Origin: a bacterium
Lineage (GTDB): Bacteria; Actinomycetota; Coriobacteriia; Coriobacteriales; CADBOM01
Length of the DNA: 64,000 bases
Assembly (NCBI GenBank): GCA_024698685.1
Contig: JAILQZ010000067.1
Span: forward strand, 9,787-73,786
Reading direction: 5' to 3'
The position numbers and the translations under genes are program-made. The stretch's first letter is position 1. Each line of letters begins with the position of its first letter. This document shows positions 1 to 10,761 of the stretch, piece by piece. Under the pieces are notes generated by a model that had not been told where the DNA came from, did not search any database, and saw only the letters and a list, made by a program, of their open reading frames with translations.

Positions 1-17
1 TGACGTACGATTGGGGC

Positions 18-1079
18 ATGCAGATGGAGAGGGTATTGCTGGCTATGAGCGGGGGAGTGGACAGCTCCGTGGCCGCAGTGCGCCTGCTCGAATTCGGTTA
101 CGAGGTGATCGGCTACACCTTCATCGCTTACGCGCCAGCGCATGCTGGCGAGGCGCAGCGAGCCGAGAGGATCTGCTCCAAGCTCGGCATCGAGCATCTC
201 ACCATCGACATCGAAGATGAGTTCGAGCGCGAGATCATGACCGCATTCGCCAAGGATTACGCCTCTGGGCTCACCCCCAACCCCTGCATATCGTGCAACA
301 GGGCCATCAAGTTCCCTTTGGCCCAGCGCTTGGCCGACGAGAACGGATGCAAATTCATCTCGACCGGCCATTACGCCATCGTGGAGCATGGTCTCGGGCG
401 CGAGCGCAACGCAATCAGGAAAGCGCGCCATCCCGAGAAGGATCAGAGCTACGTGCTCTACAATCTCGAGCCCGAGCAGCTCGAAAGGCTGCTGCTCCCG
501 CTTGGTACTCTGAGCAAGTCAGAGGTGCGCGAGATCGCAAAGTCACACGGTCTCGAGAGCGCCGATGCTCCCGACAGCCAGGACGTTTGCTTCATAGTAG
601 ATGGCGATTATGCGAACTTTCTGAAGAGATACGGTGTTGTTTGCTCGCCCGGCGACATCGTCGACCGCTCTGGCTGTATCCTTGGAAGTCACGATGGCCT
701 GTTCAACTTCACCATCGGCCAGCGCAAGGGCATAGGCCTCGCCGCGCCGAAGCCCTACTATGTGATCGACAAGGATGTGGAGCGCAACAGGCTGGTCGTG
801 GGCTTTTCCGAGGAGTGCGGCGTGAGCTCATGCACGGTCACTGGGGTGAATTGGGTCTCGATCGAGAAGCCATTGGGCGCCCTTCGCGTCGAGTCCAAGA
901 CGCGCTACAGGCAAACACCGGCGAAGGGCACGCTCTCAGAGCTCTCGGATGGCTTGTGGAGGCTGGAGTTCGATGAGCCGCTTGCCGGAGTCGCGCCCGG
1001 TCAGAGCGCGGTCTTCTATGGCGATGGCGTAGACAATGAAACGGATTTGCTGCTAGGCGGCGGAGTGATCTCCGCCTGA
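18..1079 (+). CDS. mnmA: tRNA-specific 2-thiouridylase MnmA
   Basis: 353-aa ORF with N-terminal PP-loop motif (LAMSGGVDSSVAA) and conserved NPCISCN Cys region. Length is typical of MnmA/TrmU. Confidence 0.9.
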   Translation: MQMERVLLAMSGGVDSSVAAVRLLEFGYEVIGYTFIAYAPAHAGEAQRAERICSKLGIEHLTIDIEDEFEREIMTAFAKDYASGLTPNPCISCNRAIKFPLAQRLADENGCKFISTGHYAIVEHGLGRERNAIRKARHPEKDQSYVLYNLEPEQLERLLLPLGTLSKSEVREIAKSHGLESADAPDSQDVCFIVDGDYANFLKRYGVVCSPGDIVDRSGCILGSHDGLFNFTIGQRKGIGLAAPKPYYVIDKDVERNRLVVGFSEECGVSSCTVTGVNWVSIEKPLGALRVESKTRYRQTPAKGTLSELSDGLWRLEFDEPLAGVAPGQSAVFYGDGVDNETDLLLGGGVISA

Positions 1080-1096
1080 TTCGAAAGGAGCGGCCA

Positions 1097-1702
1097 ATGC
1101 ATTCGGTAGTGCTTGGTGGAGGAATCGCATCTGGAAAGTCTCTGGCATCGGAGTTGCTCATGGAGATGGGCGCCACCGTAGCCGATCTCGACTATATCGC
1201 GCGCGATGTTCGCAACAGGCCTGCGATGAAGGCGAAGCTCGGCGAGAGGTTCGGCTCGCAGATCTTCGACGAAGAGGGGTGCCTTGATACCAAGAAGCTG
1301 GCCGAAGCGGCCTTCAAGACACCCGAGGATACAGAGGCTCTCAACGCGATCCTCCATCCCACGATCGCCGAGACCGCCTTTGCCGTGATGCGCAACTATG
1401 GCGAGATGCCGGCAAAGGGAGTCTTCATAATGCAGGTTCCGCTTCTCGACAAGAGCGTAGACCTCAACGAGATGGCAGACGAGGTGCTGCTGATCAGCGC
1501 GCCCGCGCAGCTGCGCCTCGAGCGAGCCATCGCGCGCGGCATGACGGCCGAGGACGCGAAGGCCCGCATCGAAGCGCAGGCGAGCGACGAGGAGCTGCGC
1601 GCCATAGCCGATACGGTCATCGAGAACGTCGGCACCGAGGATGAGCTTTGGGAGAAGCTCTCGCAATGGTATAGGGATCGCATGGAGGCGCAGATCCGCT
1701 AG
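1097..1702 (+). CDS. coaE: dephospho-CoA kinase
   Basis: 201 aa with N-terminal P-loop GGGIASGKS. AAGGAG SD lies 6 nt upstream of ATG 1097. Confidence 0.85.
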   Translation: MHSVVLGGGIASGKSLASELLMEMGATVADLDYIARDVRNRPAMKAKLGERFGSQIFDEEGCLDTKKLAEAAFKTPEDTEALNAILHPTIAETAFAVMRNYGEMPAKGVFIMQVPLLDKSVDLNEMADEVLLISAPAQLRLERAIARGMTAEDAKARIEAQASDEELRAIADTVIENVGTEDELWEKLSQWYRDRMEAQIR

Positions 1703-1741
1703 CGTACGCTGCGCTGCGAAGGGGGAACGAAGAAACCGCAA

Positions 1742-2311
1742 ATGGGTTCGATGGGACGCAGAATCATCAAGATGATCATCGCGCTGGCAATCCTTTGCCT
1801 GGCGTTCTGGTTCGTCTTGCCCTCCGTCCAACGCCTCTACTTCAAGCTCGATTACGTGGAACAGATCCAGGAGGCTGCAGATCGCTACCATGTCAATCCG
1901 TACTGGATCGCTGCGATGATCAAATGCGAGTCCAATTTCGAACCCGAGGCGGTTTCATCTGCGGGCGCAGTCGGGCTTATGCAGATCATGCCCACCACCG
2001 CCGAGGACATCGAGCGCACCGGTCTCGTAGACGCGACTGCCTACAGCTTCGAGAACCTCACAGACCCCGAGACCAACATCAATTTCGGCACAGCCTACCT
2101 GCGATCGCTGGTGGAGCGATATCATGAGATGGATCCAGCCATCGCGGCTTACAATGCAGGCTATGGCAACGTCGACAAGTGGCTCGAAAACGATTCGGAT
2201 GTGCGAAATTCAGTGGAGTTTCGGGAGACGAAGAAGTACCTCAGGGACGTCCATCGCGCCAAGGATTACTACGAGACCCTCTATCCCGATGCGTTCGAAT
2301 GGGAGAGTTGA
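1742..2311 (+). CDS. membrane-anchored lytic transglycosylase (SLT domain)
   Basis: N-terminal hydrophobic anchor ([19 protein letters not shown]). SLT catalytic motif [23 protein letters not shown], plus AYNAG. Confidence 0.8.
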   Translation: MGSMGRRIIKMIIALAILCLAFWFVLPSVQRLYFKLDYVEQIQEAADRYHVNPYWIAAMIKCESNFEPEAVSSAGAVGLMQIMPTTAEDIERTGLVDATAYSFENLTDPETNINFGTAYLRSLVERYHEMDPAIAAYNAGYGNVDKWLENDSDVRNSVEFRETKKYLRDVHRAKDYYETLYPDAFEWES

Positions 2312-4482
2312 TGGAAAGCAGCGGCAACACGATGCGCAAGGTGAGCAAGGACCAATACAGGCTCATGAGCGATGAGATGCGCCTGTTCATCTCGCAGGGT
2401 CGCTCGGACAAGAGCTTCAAGGTCGTTTCGCCCTACGAGCCCTCTGGCGACCAGCCGCAGGCTATCGATGCTCTCGTAAAGGGCATCGAGGATGGCCTGC
2501 GCTACCAGACGCTGCTCGGAGTGACAGGCTCGGGCAAGACCTACACGATGGCCAAGACCATCGAGCGCATCAACAAGCCGGCGCTGGTCATGGCCCCTAA
2601 CAAGACGCTTGCAGCCCAGCTCGCCTCGGAGTTCAAGGAGCTCTTCCCGGAAAACGCCGTAGTCTACTTCGTCTCCTACTACGACTACTATCAGCCAGAG
2701 GCGTACGTGCCCACAACCGACACCTTCATCGAGAAGGATTCCTCTATCAACGAGGAGGTCGAGAAGCTAAGGCATCAGGCCACGGCCTCGCTGCTCTCGC
2801 GCAACGACATCATCGTCGTCGCATCGGTCTCCTGCATCTATGGCATCGGCTCGCCCGAGGACTACGCGGGCCTTGCGGTCTTCCTCGACAAGGACGTGCC
2901 GCTAGATCGCGACGAGCTCATCTACCAGCTGATCGATATCCAGTACGACCGCAACGACTACGACCTCCAGCGCGGCATGTTCCGCGTACGCGGCGACATC
3001 GTCGATATCTTCCCGCCCTATGCGGAGAACCCGCTGCGCATCGAGTTCTTCGGCGATGAGATCGATACGATATGCGAGTTCGATTCGCTCACGGGCGAGT
3101 TGCTCTCCGATTATCAGAAGGTCCCGATTTGGCCCTCCTCGCACTACGTGACGGAGCGCTCCAAGCTCGACCACGCGGTCGCGACCATCAAGGAGGAGCT
3201 TGCTTCGAGGCTCGCAGAGCTCAGGGAGGCGGGAAAGCTGCTCGAAGCCCAACGTCTTGAGATGCGCACCAACTACGACCTCGAGATGCTCCAAACGCTC
3301 TTCTTCTGCAGCGGCATCGAGAATTACTCGCGTCATCTCGACGGCAGGAAGCCCGGTGAGGCGCCCTTCACGCTCATCGACTACTTCCCAGACGATTTCG
3401 TCTGCTTCATAGACGAGAGCCACGTCACCGTGCCTCAGATAAGGGGTATGCACGAGGGCGATCGCTCGAGGAAGGTGACGCTGGTCGAGCATGGCTTCAG
3501 GCTTCCTAGCGCACTGGACAACAGGCCACTGCGCTTCGACGAGTTCGAGGACCGCATCCCGCAGTTCGTCTACGTATCCGCAACCCCAGGTGACTACGAG
3601 GAGCGCGTCAGCCAGGCGAGGGTGGAGCAGATCATCAGGCCAACGGGATTGCTCGATCCCGAGGTGGACATCCGTCCGTCGAAGGGACAGATCGACGACA
3701 TCATCAACGAGGCGCGCATCCGCGCCGAGCGCAACGAGCGGGTCCTCATCACCACGCTCACCAAGAAGATGGCGGAAGATCTCACCGACTATCTCATCGA
3801 CCAGGGAATTCGCGCGAAGTACATGCACAGCGACACCGGCACGATCGATCGCGTAGAGATACTTCGCGGCCTGCGCATGGGCGAGTTCGACGTTCTCGTC
3901 GGCATCAACCTGTTGCGCGAGGGCCTCGACCTGCCAGAGGTCTCTCTCGTTGCGATTCTAGATGCCGACAAGGAGGGCTTCCTGCGCAATAACCGCTCCC
4001 TCATACAGACAATCGGACGCGCTGCGCGCAACGTTTCCGGCCAGGTGATCATGTATGCCGACACGATTACCGGCTCGATAAGGAGCGCGGTGGAGGAGAC
4101 TCGCAGGAGGCGCGAGATCCAGAAGCGCTTCAACGAGGAGAACGGCATCGAGCCGCAGACGATCCGCAAGGCCGTCTCCGATATCATGCAGTACCTCAAC
4201 GATGACGATGCTTCGGAGGAGGAGCTCGCCAAGAGCATCAGGTCCGACTTCGGAGATGCCTCCGAGGGCGAGATCCTCAAGATCATCGCTTCGCTCGAGG
4301 AGTCGATGATGCAGGCCTCCTCGAACATGGACTTCGAGAACGCCGCACGACTGCGCGACCAGATCGTCAAGCTGAAATCGCAGTTCGAGGGAGTCGATGA
4401 GCTCAAAGCGCTCGACAGCCTCAAGGCCAAGAGCCGCAAGGGGAGCGCATACGCTTCTCGTCGCAAGCATCGCAGGAAGTGA
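2311..4482 (+). CDS. uvrB: excinuclease ABC subunit B
   Basis: Start re-called from 2179 to ATG 2311 (GGGAGAG SD, TGATG overlap with upstream stop). Walker [13 protein letters not shown] box, C-terminal UVR motif ([11 protein letters not shown]). Confidence 0.95.
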   Translation: MESSGNTMRKVSKDQYRLMSDEMRLFISQGRSDKSFKVVSPYEPSGDQPQAIDALVKGIEDGLRYQTLLGVTGSGKTYTMAKTIERINKPALVMAPNKTLAAQLASEFKELFPENAVVYFVSYYDYYQPEAYVPTTDTFIEKDSSINEEVEKLRHQATASLLSRNDIIVVASVSCIYGIGSPEDYAGLAVFLDKDVPLDRDELIYQLIDIQYDRNDYDLQRGMFRVRGDIVDIFPPYAENPLRIEFFGDEIDTICEFDSLTGELLSDYQKVPIWPSSHYVTERSKLDHAVATIKEELASRLAELREAGKLLEAQRLEMRTNYDLEMLQTLFFCSGIENYSRHLDGRKPGEAPFTLIDYFPDDFVCFIDESHVTVPQIRGMHEGDRSRKVTLVEHGFRLPSALDNRPLRFDEFEDRIPQFVYVSATPGDYEERVSQARVEQIIRPTGLLDPEVDIRPSKGQIDDIINEARIRAERNERVLITTLTKKMAEDLTDYLIDQGIRAKYMHSDTGTIDRVEILRGLRMGEFDVLVGINLLREGLDLPEVSLVAILDADKEGFLRNNRSLIQTIGRAARNVSGQVIMYADTITGSIRSAVEETRRRREIQKRFNEENGIEPQTIRKAVSDIMQYLNDDDASEEELAKSIRSDFGDASEGEILKIIASLEESMMQASSNMDFENAARLRDQIVKLKSQFEGVDELKALDSLKAKSRKGSAYASRRKHRRK

Positions 4483-4571
4483 CTTTCACGCTTGCGAGTC
4501 GCCATGTAAGCGAATTTGCCCCGCACAAACGTCCGTACGCACCCAGAAACGGGCTAAACGACATTCCATTT

Positions 4572-4580
4572 TGGTAAAAT
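4572..4580 (+). promoter_or_regulatory. putative extended -10 promoter element (TGGTAAAAT) for asp23 operon
   Basis: TGnTAAAAT lies 51 nt upstream of ATG 4631 in an AT-rich gap. An identical 9-mer is at 61156-61164. No good -35. Confidence 0.4.
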
Positions 4581-4630
4581 ACAATGTTGGTTCAAGCAGC
4601 TGCTTGCAATCCGATGCTTAGGAGAGTGCC

Positions 4631-4987
4631 ATGGTCAGCTTAAATGACAGCTTTGCAATCCCCGGTACAGTGACCGTCGAAGAGGGCGTTATCCAGGATA
4701 TGGCCGGATACGCCGCTATGGAGTGCTACGGCGTAGCCGGCATGGCAGCTCCGAACTTCACGGACAGCCTCGCCAAGGTGCTTCCGCGCCACAAGCTCCG
4801 CAGGGGAATCATCGTCAAGGGCGAAGGCAACGCCGTCTCCCTCGAGCTCTACATCGTGATCCAGTACGGCACGAACCTATCGGTAGTCGCGGAGAATCTC
4901 GCGGACACCGTAAGGTACTACATCACCGAGTTTCTGGACATCCAAGTCGAGGACATCTCGATCAACATCCAAGGGGTTAAGAAATAG
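4631..4987 (+). CDS. Asp23/Gls24 family envelope stress protein
   Basis: 118 aa. N-terminal GTVTVEEGVIQDMAGYAAMECYGV pattern is typical of the Asp23 family. GGAGAG SD. Synteny with the DAK2 gene and recG as in Firmicutes yloU-yloV. Confidence 0.8.
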   Translation: MVSLNDSFAIPGTVTVEEGVIQDMAGYAAMECYGVAGMAAPNFTDSLAKVLPRHKLRRGIIVKGEGNAVSLELYIVIQYGTNLSVVAENLADTVRYYITEFLDIQVEDISINIQGVKK

Positions 4988-5080
4988 CGCAAGGCTTCCA
5001 CCGCAAACGCCCGCAGCTTTGGGGCAAGTGCGCCTTGCCGACGACGATTGCAACCCGATGCCGATAATAAAGGAATGCAA

Positions 5081-6697
5081 ATGAGCGATTCGAAAAAGAT
5101 AATTCCGGCAATCTACGCTGCAGCTCAGGCTGTCTCCGAGCACCAAGAGGAGATCAACAAGCTCAACGTCTTCCCGATTCCAGATGGCGACACCGGCACC
5201 AACGTCTCACTCACCATGGAGAACGTGCTCAAGGAACTCGGCAAGCTTGGCGATAAGCCCACCAAGGAGGAGGTCTGCAAGGCAGTGCGTCAGGGATCCC
5301 TCATGGGTGCGCGCGGCAACTCGGGCGTCATCACGAGCCAGATCCTACGCGGTATCACCGAGAAGGCCCTCGAGTGCGACACCTTCGATCCGAAGTCCGT
5401 CTACCTTTGCCTCAACAACGCCGTCGACATCGCATATCAGGCGGTCAGGCGCCCCGTCGAGGGAACCATCCTCACTGTTGTCAAGGAAACCGCAGTCGCT
5501 GCCAAATCAGCCTACAAGAGCAAGATGGATCTCGACGAGATGTTCGACTTCCTTGCCCATGAGGCAATGGAGTCCGTCAAGAGGACCCCGGAGCTGCTTC
5601 CCAAGCTCAAGGAGAATGGCGTTGTCGATTCCGGCGGCCTCGCGTTCGCGATCATGCTCCAGGGCTTCGCGAACACCATGAACGGCAAGGTTGAGACGAA
5701 CTCCTACAGGTCGCTTTTCCAGATGCAGGGCAAGGTCGAGATCGAGCAGGTCAACGACTGGGAAGACCACAACTTCCGCTATTGCACCGAGTTCCTGATG
5801 AAGAGCGACGTGCTCGACGTGGAGGAGACCTACGAGTACCTCTCCTCGATGGGCGATTGCGAACTCGTAGTCGGCGAGCATCCGGACTTCAAGATCCACG
5901 TCCACACCAACGCTCCCGGCGAGGTTCTCACCTGGATGATCGAGCGCGGCCAGCCGCATGAGATCTTCATCCACAACATGGATATGCAGAGCGAGGACAG
6001 GCTCGAGAAGATCGCCGCCGATCAGGCACCCGATAAGAAGACCGGAATGGTCGCCGTGGCAGTTGGCGAGGGCAACGTCGCGATCCTCGAGTCGCTTGGC
6101 GTCGATTACGTCGTTTCCGGAGGTCAGACGATGAATCCGTCGACTGCCGACATCGTCGATGCGGTGAACTCGCTCAACGTGGAGCAGGTCCTGATCTTCC
6201 CTGGCAACAAGAACATCATCATGGCCGCGAATTCCGCCGTCGAGCTCGCCAACAAGCCCTGCGCGGTGATTCCCACCACCAGCGTTCCGCAGACCTTCTC
6301 CGCGGTGCTCTGCGCGATTCCAGATGCCGATCTCGACACCAACGTCAAGGCGATGACCGACGCTATCGAATACGTGGTCACCGGCGAGGTTACCACTGCG
6401 ATCAAGGATGCCGTCGGCGACGATGGCCTGCAGATCCACGAGGGCGACGTCATGGGCATCATCGACGACTCGATCAAGGTCGTCAGGGACAACGTGTTCG
6501 ATGCCTGCCTTGCGGTGATCGACGAGCTTGCCAAGTGCGATGACATCGATACTCTGACCCTCCTTGCCGGTGCCGACCTTTCGGATGAGGAATTCGAGAG
6601 GATCCAGGAGTACGCCGAGGAGAACCATCCCGATCTCGTAGTCGATCCTAATAGGGGAGAACAGCCTCTCTATCCGCTGATCCTCGCTGTCGAATAG
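5081..6697 (+). CDS. DAK2 domain-containing protein (YloV-like)
   Basis: DAK2 signature PDGDTGTN near the N-terminus, about 540 aa. Start re-called to ATG 5081 (AGGA 6 nt upstream). 5075 or 5048 are possible alternatives. Confidence 0.8.
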   Translation: MSDSKKIIPAIYAAAQAVSEHQEEINKLNVFPIPDGDTGTNVSLTMENVLKELGKLGDKPTKEEVCKAVRQGSLMGARGNSGVITSQILRGITEKALECDTFDPKSVYLCLNNAVDIAYQAVRRPVEGTILTVVKETAVAAKSAYKSKMDLDEMFDFLAHEAMESVKRTPELLPKLKENGVVDSGGLAFAIMLQGFANTMNGKVETNSYRSLFQMQGKVEIEQVNDWEDHNFRYCTEFLMKSDVLDVEETYEYLSSMGDCELVVGEHPDFKIHVHTNAPGEVLTWMIERGQPHEIFIHNMDMQSEDRLEKIAADQAPDKKTGMVAVAVGEGNVAILESLGVDYVVSGGQTMNPSTADIVDAVNSLNVEQVLIFPGNKNIIMAANSAVELANKPCAVIPTTSVPQTFSAVLCAIPDADLDTNVKAMTDAIEYVVTGEVTTAIKDAVGDDGLQIHEGDVMGIIDDSIKVVRDNVFDACLAVIDELAKCDDIDTLTLLAGADLSDEEFERIQEYAEENHPDLVVDPNRGEQPLYPLILAVE

Positions 6698-6728
6698 GGA
6701 GTTGGCGAAAAAACCTAAGGCGGCCTTC

Positions 6729-8897
6729 ATGAGCGAATTGCGCATAAGGGCAAACCTCTCATTGGATGATCCGGTAACGCGTGTGCGCCAGGTCAGCGAA
6801 GTTCGCGCCCGCGCCTTCGCCGAGCTCGGAATCAGCACCGTGCGCGACCTCGTGCTGTACGCGCCTTTCCGCTACATCGACTTCACCGACATCTCCACGA
6901 TCGCCTCTTGCGTCATAGGGGAGAAATGCGCAATCGTCGGGACCATAGACAAGGTTGAGAAGCGCCAGCTGCGCCATCGCAGGATGTCCATCGTCGAGGC
7001 CTCGGTCGTCGACGCAACGGGTGCTATGAAGGCGGTTTGGTTCAATCAGCCGTGGGTCGCCGACAAGCTTGAGTCGGGCTCTGCGATCCTCATGCAAGGC
7101 GCAATCGAGCATTACAACGGATTCAAGCAGATAAGCTCCCCGATATACAGGATTCTCGAGGGCGATCCCTCGTCGGCGGCAAGTCTTGGAGTACAGCCCG
7201 TCTACCGCAGCAGACGCGGTCTGACTCCCTCGCTGATAGCCAAGATCGTATCGAACGCCATCGATGACATCCTGCCGTCGAGCATAGATCCGCTCAGCCC
7301 CGCTCTGCGCGTGCAGAACAGGATATGCAGCAGGCAGGTGGCCATCTCGAACCTCCACAGACCTGCGAGCATGAAGCTGGTCAAGGAGGCAAAGCGCAGG
7401 CTCGCTTACGAGGAGATGCTGCTGCTCCAGCTCCATTGGCTCATCGAGGCCAAGGGCAGCGACGAGTCGCTGAACTCGTTCGCGCACAACGTCAGCGGCG
7501 AGCATCTCGACCGGCTCTTCGCGGCGATTCCCTATGAGCTCACGGCCGACCAGAACCGCGCCGTTGCGGACATCTTGGAGGACATGGGCACGTCCAAGCG
7601 CATGAACCGCCTGCTTCTGGGCGATGTGGGCAGCGGCAAGACGGTCGTCGCAGCGCTTGCGCTCGCATGCGTCAGCGACTCCGGCTCCCAAGGCGCGATG
7701 ATGGCTCCCACCGAGGTCCTGTGCAGGCAGTATGCGAAGAAGATCGGTCAGCTCTTCGACGCGATCGGAATCCGCTGGGCGATGTTGACCTCCTCGACGA
7801 CACCTGCCGATCGCAGGGACATCGTGGCGGGCCTTGCAACGGGGGCGATATCCGTCGTATTCGGCACGCATGCGATCATCGAGGACGATATCGCCTTCAA
7901 CGACCTCACCCTAGTCGTCATCGACGAGCAGCATCGCTTTGGGGTTCAGCAGCGCGAGAAGCTGCGCAGCAAGGGCCCGAGGAGCGACTATCTCTGCATG
8001 ACCGCCACGCCGATACCGCGTTCGCTGGCTCTGACGATCTACGGCACGCTCGAGTGCTCCTACATCAGGGAGAAGCCTACAGGTGAAAGGCAGATCGAGA
8101 CCAAGGTTGTGGGCAAACGCGAGAGATTCATAGCCTTCGACGCGATCAGAGAGGCTGTTTCCGCAGGTCAACAGGCATATATCGTCTGTCCGCTCATCGG
8201 ACAGATCGAGGACGGGGAACCCGAGCAACCCGAGGGCGAAGAGCTCGAAGAGGAGTTCGAGACCCTGCTCACCGAATTCGACATCGAAGATATCCATGAG
8301 GATCTGGTGGCTGCGCGCAAGGAGGCGGAGTACCTTCAGACGCAGGTATTCCCAGAGTTTCGCATCGGCTTGCTCTGCGGCGAGATGAGCCCGCGCGAGA
8401 AGCAAGAGGTGATGGAGAGCTTCAGGAACCACGAGCTCGACGTGTTGGTCTCGACGACAGTCATCGAGGTCGGCGTCGATGTTCCCAACGCCACCGTCAT
8501 GGTCATCGAGGATGCGGAGCGCTTCGGACTGTCGCAGCTGCACCAGCTTCGCGGGCGCGTGGGGCGCGGCGATCTGCCAGGCCGCGCAATCCTCATAGCC
8601 TCGACAAACACGCCAGAGTCCAAGATGCGCATGGAGAGCATCGAGAAGACCCAGGACGGCTTCGAGCTAGCCGAGCTCGACCTCTCGCTGCGCCGCGAGG
8701 GCGACGTGGTGGGCAGCAGGCAGCATGGACTGCCAAGCTTGAGGTTCACCAATGTCATCCGCGACTCGAAGATGATCGAGAAGGCTCGCAAGGATGCGAA
8801 GGCGATCCTTGACGCCGACCCTTCGCTTTCAAGCGATGCCAACGCGTTGCTGGCCCATGAGCTGGATGCAGTCTACAAGCGAGGGGAGAGGGCATGA
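6729..8897 (+). CDS. recG: ATP-dependent DNA helicase RecG
   Basis: Walker A GDVGSGKT, DEQHRFG, TATPIPR, QLHQLRGRVGRG. Start re-called to ATG 6729 (AAGG 8 nt upstream). The TTG at 6702 abuts its SD. Confidence 0.9.
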   Translation: MSELRIRANLSLDDPVTRVRQVSEVRARAFAELGISTVRDLVLYAPFRYIDFTDISTIASCVIGEKCAIVGTIDKVEKRQLRHRRMSIVEASVVDATGAMKAVWFNQPWVADKLESGSAILMQGAIEHYNGFKQISSPIYRILEGDPSSAASLGVQPVYRSRRGLTPSLIAKIVSNAIDDILPSSIDPLSPALRVQNRICSRQVAISNLHRPASMKLVKEAKRRLAYEEMLLLQLHWLIEAKGSDESLNSFAHNVSGEHLDRLFAAIPYELTADQNRAVADILEDMGTSKRMNRLLLGDVGSGKTVVAALALACVSDSGSQGAMMAPTEVLCRQYAKKIGQLFDAIGIRWAMLTSSTTPADRRDIVAGLATGAISVVFGTHAIIEDDIAFNDLTLVVIDEQHRFGVQQREKLRSKGPRSDYLCMTATPIPRSLALTIYGTLECSYIREKPTGERQIETKVVGKRERFIAFDAIREAVSAGQQAYIVCPLIGQIEDGEPEQPEGEELEEEFETLLTEFDIEDIHEDLVAARKEAEYLQTQVFPEFRIGLLCGEMSPREKQEVMESFRNHELDVLVSTTVIEVGVDVPNATVMVIEDAERFGLSQLHQLRGRVGRGDLPGRAILIASTNTPESKMRMESIEKTQDGFELAELDLSLRREGDVVGSRQHGLPSLRFTNVIRDSKMIEKARKDAKAILDADPSLSSDANALLAHELDAVYKRGERA

Positions 8898-9535
8898 GGA
8901 TAATCGCCGGAGAGCTGCGCGGCAGGCACATCGACGCTGTTCCAGGCGAGGGGACCCGCCCGACTACCGACAGGGTGCGTGAGGCCATTGCAAGCTCGGT
9001 GGTCTCGAACCTCGATAGCGGCTTTCAGGGAACACGTGTGCTCGACGCCTTCGCAGGCTGCGGTGCCATCGGCTTCGAGGCGATATCGCGAGGAAGCGCC
9101 TTTTGCCTCATGATCGATGACTCGCAGCAGGCCGTCGCGACCATCAAGGCCAACGCGAAGCTCCTCGGCATAGCCCAGGACAACTTCTCGATCGTCAAGG
9201 GCGATGCCTTCGCGCTCGCAAGAGCCGGCAGCATCAGCAGCCTTAGCGCGCCTTTCGACATCGTTTTCCTCGACCCGCCGTATGCTTTCGGCTACGAGCG
9301 AGTTTGCGAGCTCATCTCCTGCCTCGAGCAGCATGGCCTTCTCGCAGATGGTGCGCTCATCGTCTACCAGTGCGCCAACAGCGCTCCGCCCAAGCGCAAG
9401 AAAGCGCATAAAGAGCGCCTGAGGGCCGGTGCGGATGCGATGCTCGAGATCATAGGCGACAGCTTCGAATACATATCGACGCGCATCTACGGCGTGACGC
9501 AGGTGCATTACTTCGCTTATAATCGACCCGTCTAG
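8894..9535 (+). CDS. rsmD: 16S rRNA (guanine966-N2)-methyltransferase
   Basis: MRIIAGELRGR N-terminus and DPPY motif. ATGA overlap with the recG stop. Confidence 0.85.
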   Translation: MRIIAGELRGRHIDAVPGEGTRPTTDRVREAIASSVVSNLDSGFQGTRVLDAFAGCGAIGFEAISRGSAFCLMIDDSQQAVATIKANAKLLGIAQDNFSIVKGDAFALARAGSISSLSAPFDIVFLDPPYAFGYERVCELISCLEQHGLLADGALIVYQCANSAPPKRKKAHKERLRAGADAMLEIIGDSFEYISTRIYGVTQVHYFAYNRPV

Positions 9536-9552
9536 ACTGTTTGGAGGCAAGC

Positions 9553-10077
9553 ATGGCAAGCAAGGAAGAGAAACTGCAGAGCAGGGCGGTAGTCCCTGGA
9601 ACCTTCGACCCGATCACCGTTGGCCATATCGAGGTGATCAAGCGCGTCCTCAAGGTATTCGACGAGGTAATCGTCGGCGTTGCCGAGTCTCCGCGCAAGG
9701 GCAACGGCCCGATGTTCTCGCTCGATCGAAGGATAGAGCTCGCGTCCGAGGCGCTCAAGGATTACAAGAACGTCAAGGTCATCCCCTTCACAGGGTTGCT
9801 TGTCGACTTCGTCAAGGAGTGCAACGCGCGCGTCATCGTCAAGGGCCTGAGGGCAGTCACCGATTTCGAGGCGGAGTTCCAGATGTCGGCTCTCAACTAC
9901 AGGCTCGACCCCGATCTCGAGATCCTCTTCATCATGTCGACGCCGGAGAACATGTACCTCTCATCGTCTGTTGTCAAGGAGATCGCGTACCACAAGGGCA
10001 ACGTCTACGGGCTCGTCCCCGAGCCAGTCGGCCGCGCGCTTTGCGAGTTCACGGGCTGCGAATACACCGAGGAATGA
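9553..10077 (+). CDS. coaD: phosphopantetheine adenylyltransferase
   Basis: GTFDPITVGHIEVIKR nucleotidyltransferase motif. Start re-called to ATG 9553 behind the GGAGG SD at 9543. Confidence 0.9.
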   Translation: MASKEEKLQSRAVVPGTFDPITVGHIEVIKRVLKVFDEVIVGVAESPRKGNGPMFSLDRRIELASEALKDYKNVKVIPFTGLLVDFVKECNARVIVKGLRAVTDFEAEFQMSALNYRLDPDLEILFIMSTPENMYLSSSVVKEIAYHKGNVYGLVPEPVGRALCEFTGCEYTEE

Positions 10078-10219
10078 GTTTTTCGGCGTTTAGCGGGTGA
10101 ATTCCTGTACTAAAAGCTTGCAAATATGCCGTTTATGACGGGATTATTGGCGGCAAATGGACATACGTAGTAATATTCACATGAAGTATTCCAGCTCCAC
10201 AGATTGAAAGGTAGCGTAA

Positions 10220-10684
10220 ATGGACGAGACAGGAGTAATGGCGCTTCTTGACGAGCTATCGGATTTTCTCGAGGACAGCAAGGCACCCTTCGGAAATGAC
10301 AACAAGCGTCAGATCGACCTCAACACGGCTTTAGACATCATCGCCGATATACGCGATTCGTTTCCAGTGGAATTCGCACAGGCAAGGCAGGTCCTTCGCG
10401 AGCGCCAGGGAATCCTGGAAGATGCGGACGCCGAGGCCAACCGCATTCTCGAGGATGCGCGCAACAGGGCGCTGACCATCGCCAGCGAGCAGGAAATCGT
10501 GAGGATTGCCCAGCAGCAGGCTGAGAACATCCTTGCCGACGCTCGCGAGCATGAGCGCCAGACCCGCGCCGGCGCAGAGGATTACGCGGACAACGTCTTC
10601 AGCCACATCGAGAGCACGCTCGATTCGCTCAACGACAACGTTCGCAGGTGCCGCGAGAGGCTCAACAACAGGGGAATCAGGTAA
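10220..10684 (+). CDS. hypothetical coiled-coil protein
   Basis: 154 aa, one Cys, charged Ala/Glu/Arg-rich repeats (EDADAEANRILEDARNRAL, AENILADAREHERQ). AAGG SD. No family recognisable from sequence alone. Confidence 0.5.
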   Translation: MDETGVMALLDELSDFLEDSKAPFGNDNKRQIDLNTALDIIADIRDSFPVEFAQARQVLRERQGILEDADAEANRILEDARNRALTIASEQEIVRIAQQQAENILADAREHERQTRAGAEDYADNVFSHIESTLDSLNDNVRRCRERLNNRGIR

Positions 10685-10761
10685 TCGCCACACGCGATTG
10701 TCGAACCGAAAGGCTAGGGCAGGACGTCTCAAACGAGCGCCCTGCCCTTTCATGAAAGGCT

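Noticed and set aside
2179-2310. 5' extensions of track ORFs: uvrB 2179, rimP 11229, folC 22715, reductase 30441, AKR 34358, cobU 40977, short cobU 41975, argD 49529, argF 50656, ecfT 28075, murB 61150
   Set aside because: The extensions overlap upstream genes or intergenic promoters and add Arg-rich junk N-termini. They also lack SD sequences. Internal ATGs with SDs or stop/start overlaps give family-typical N-termini.
8195-8300. Acidic insertion in RecG (EDGEPEQPEGEELEEEFETLLTEFDIEDIHED)
   Set aside because: It is probably a lineage-specific surface loop between helicase lobes. There is nothing to suggest a separate function or a mobile insertion (no frame change, no repeats at the borders).
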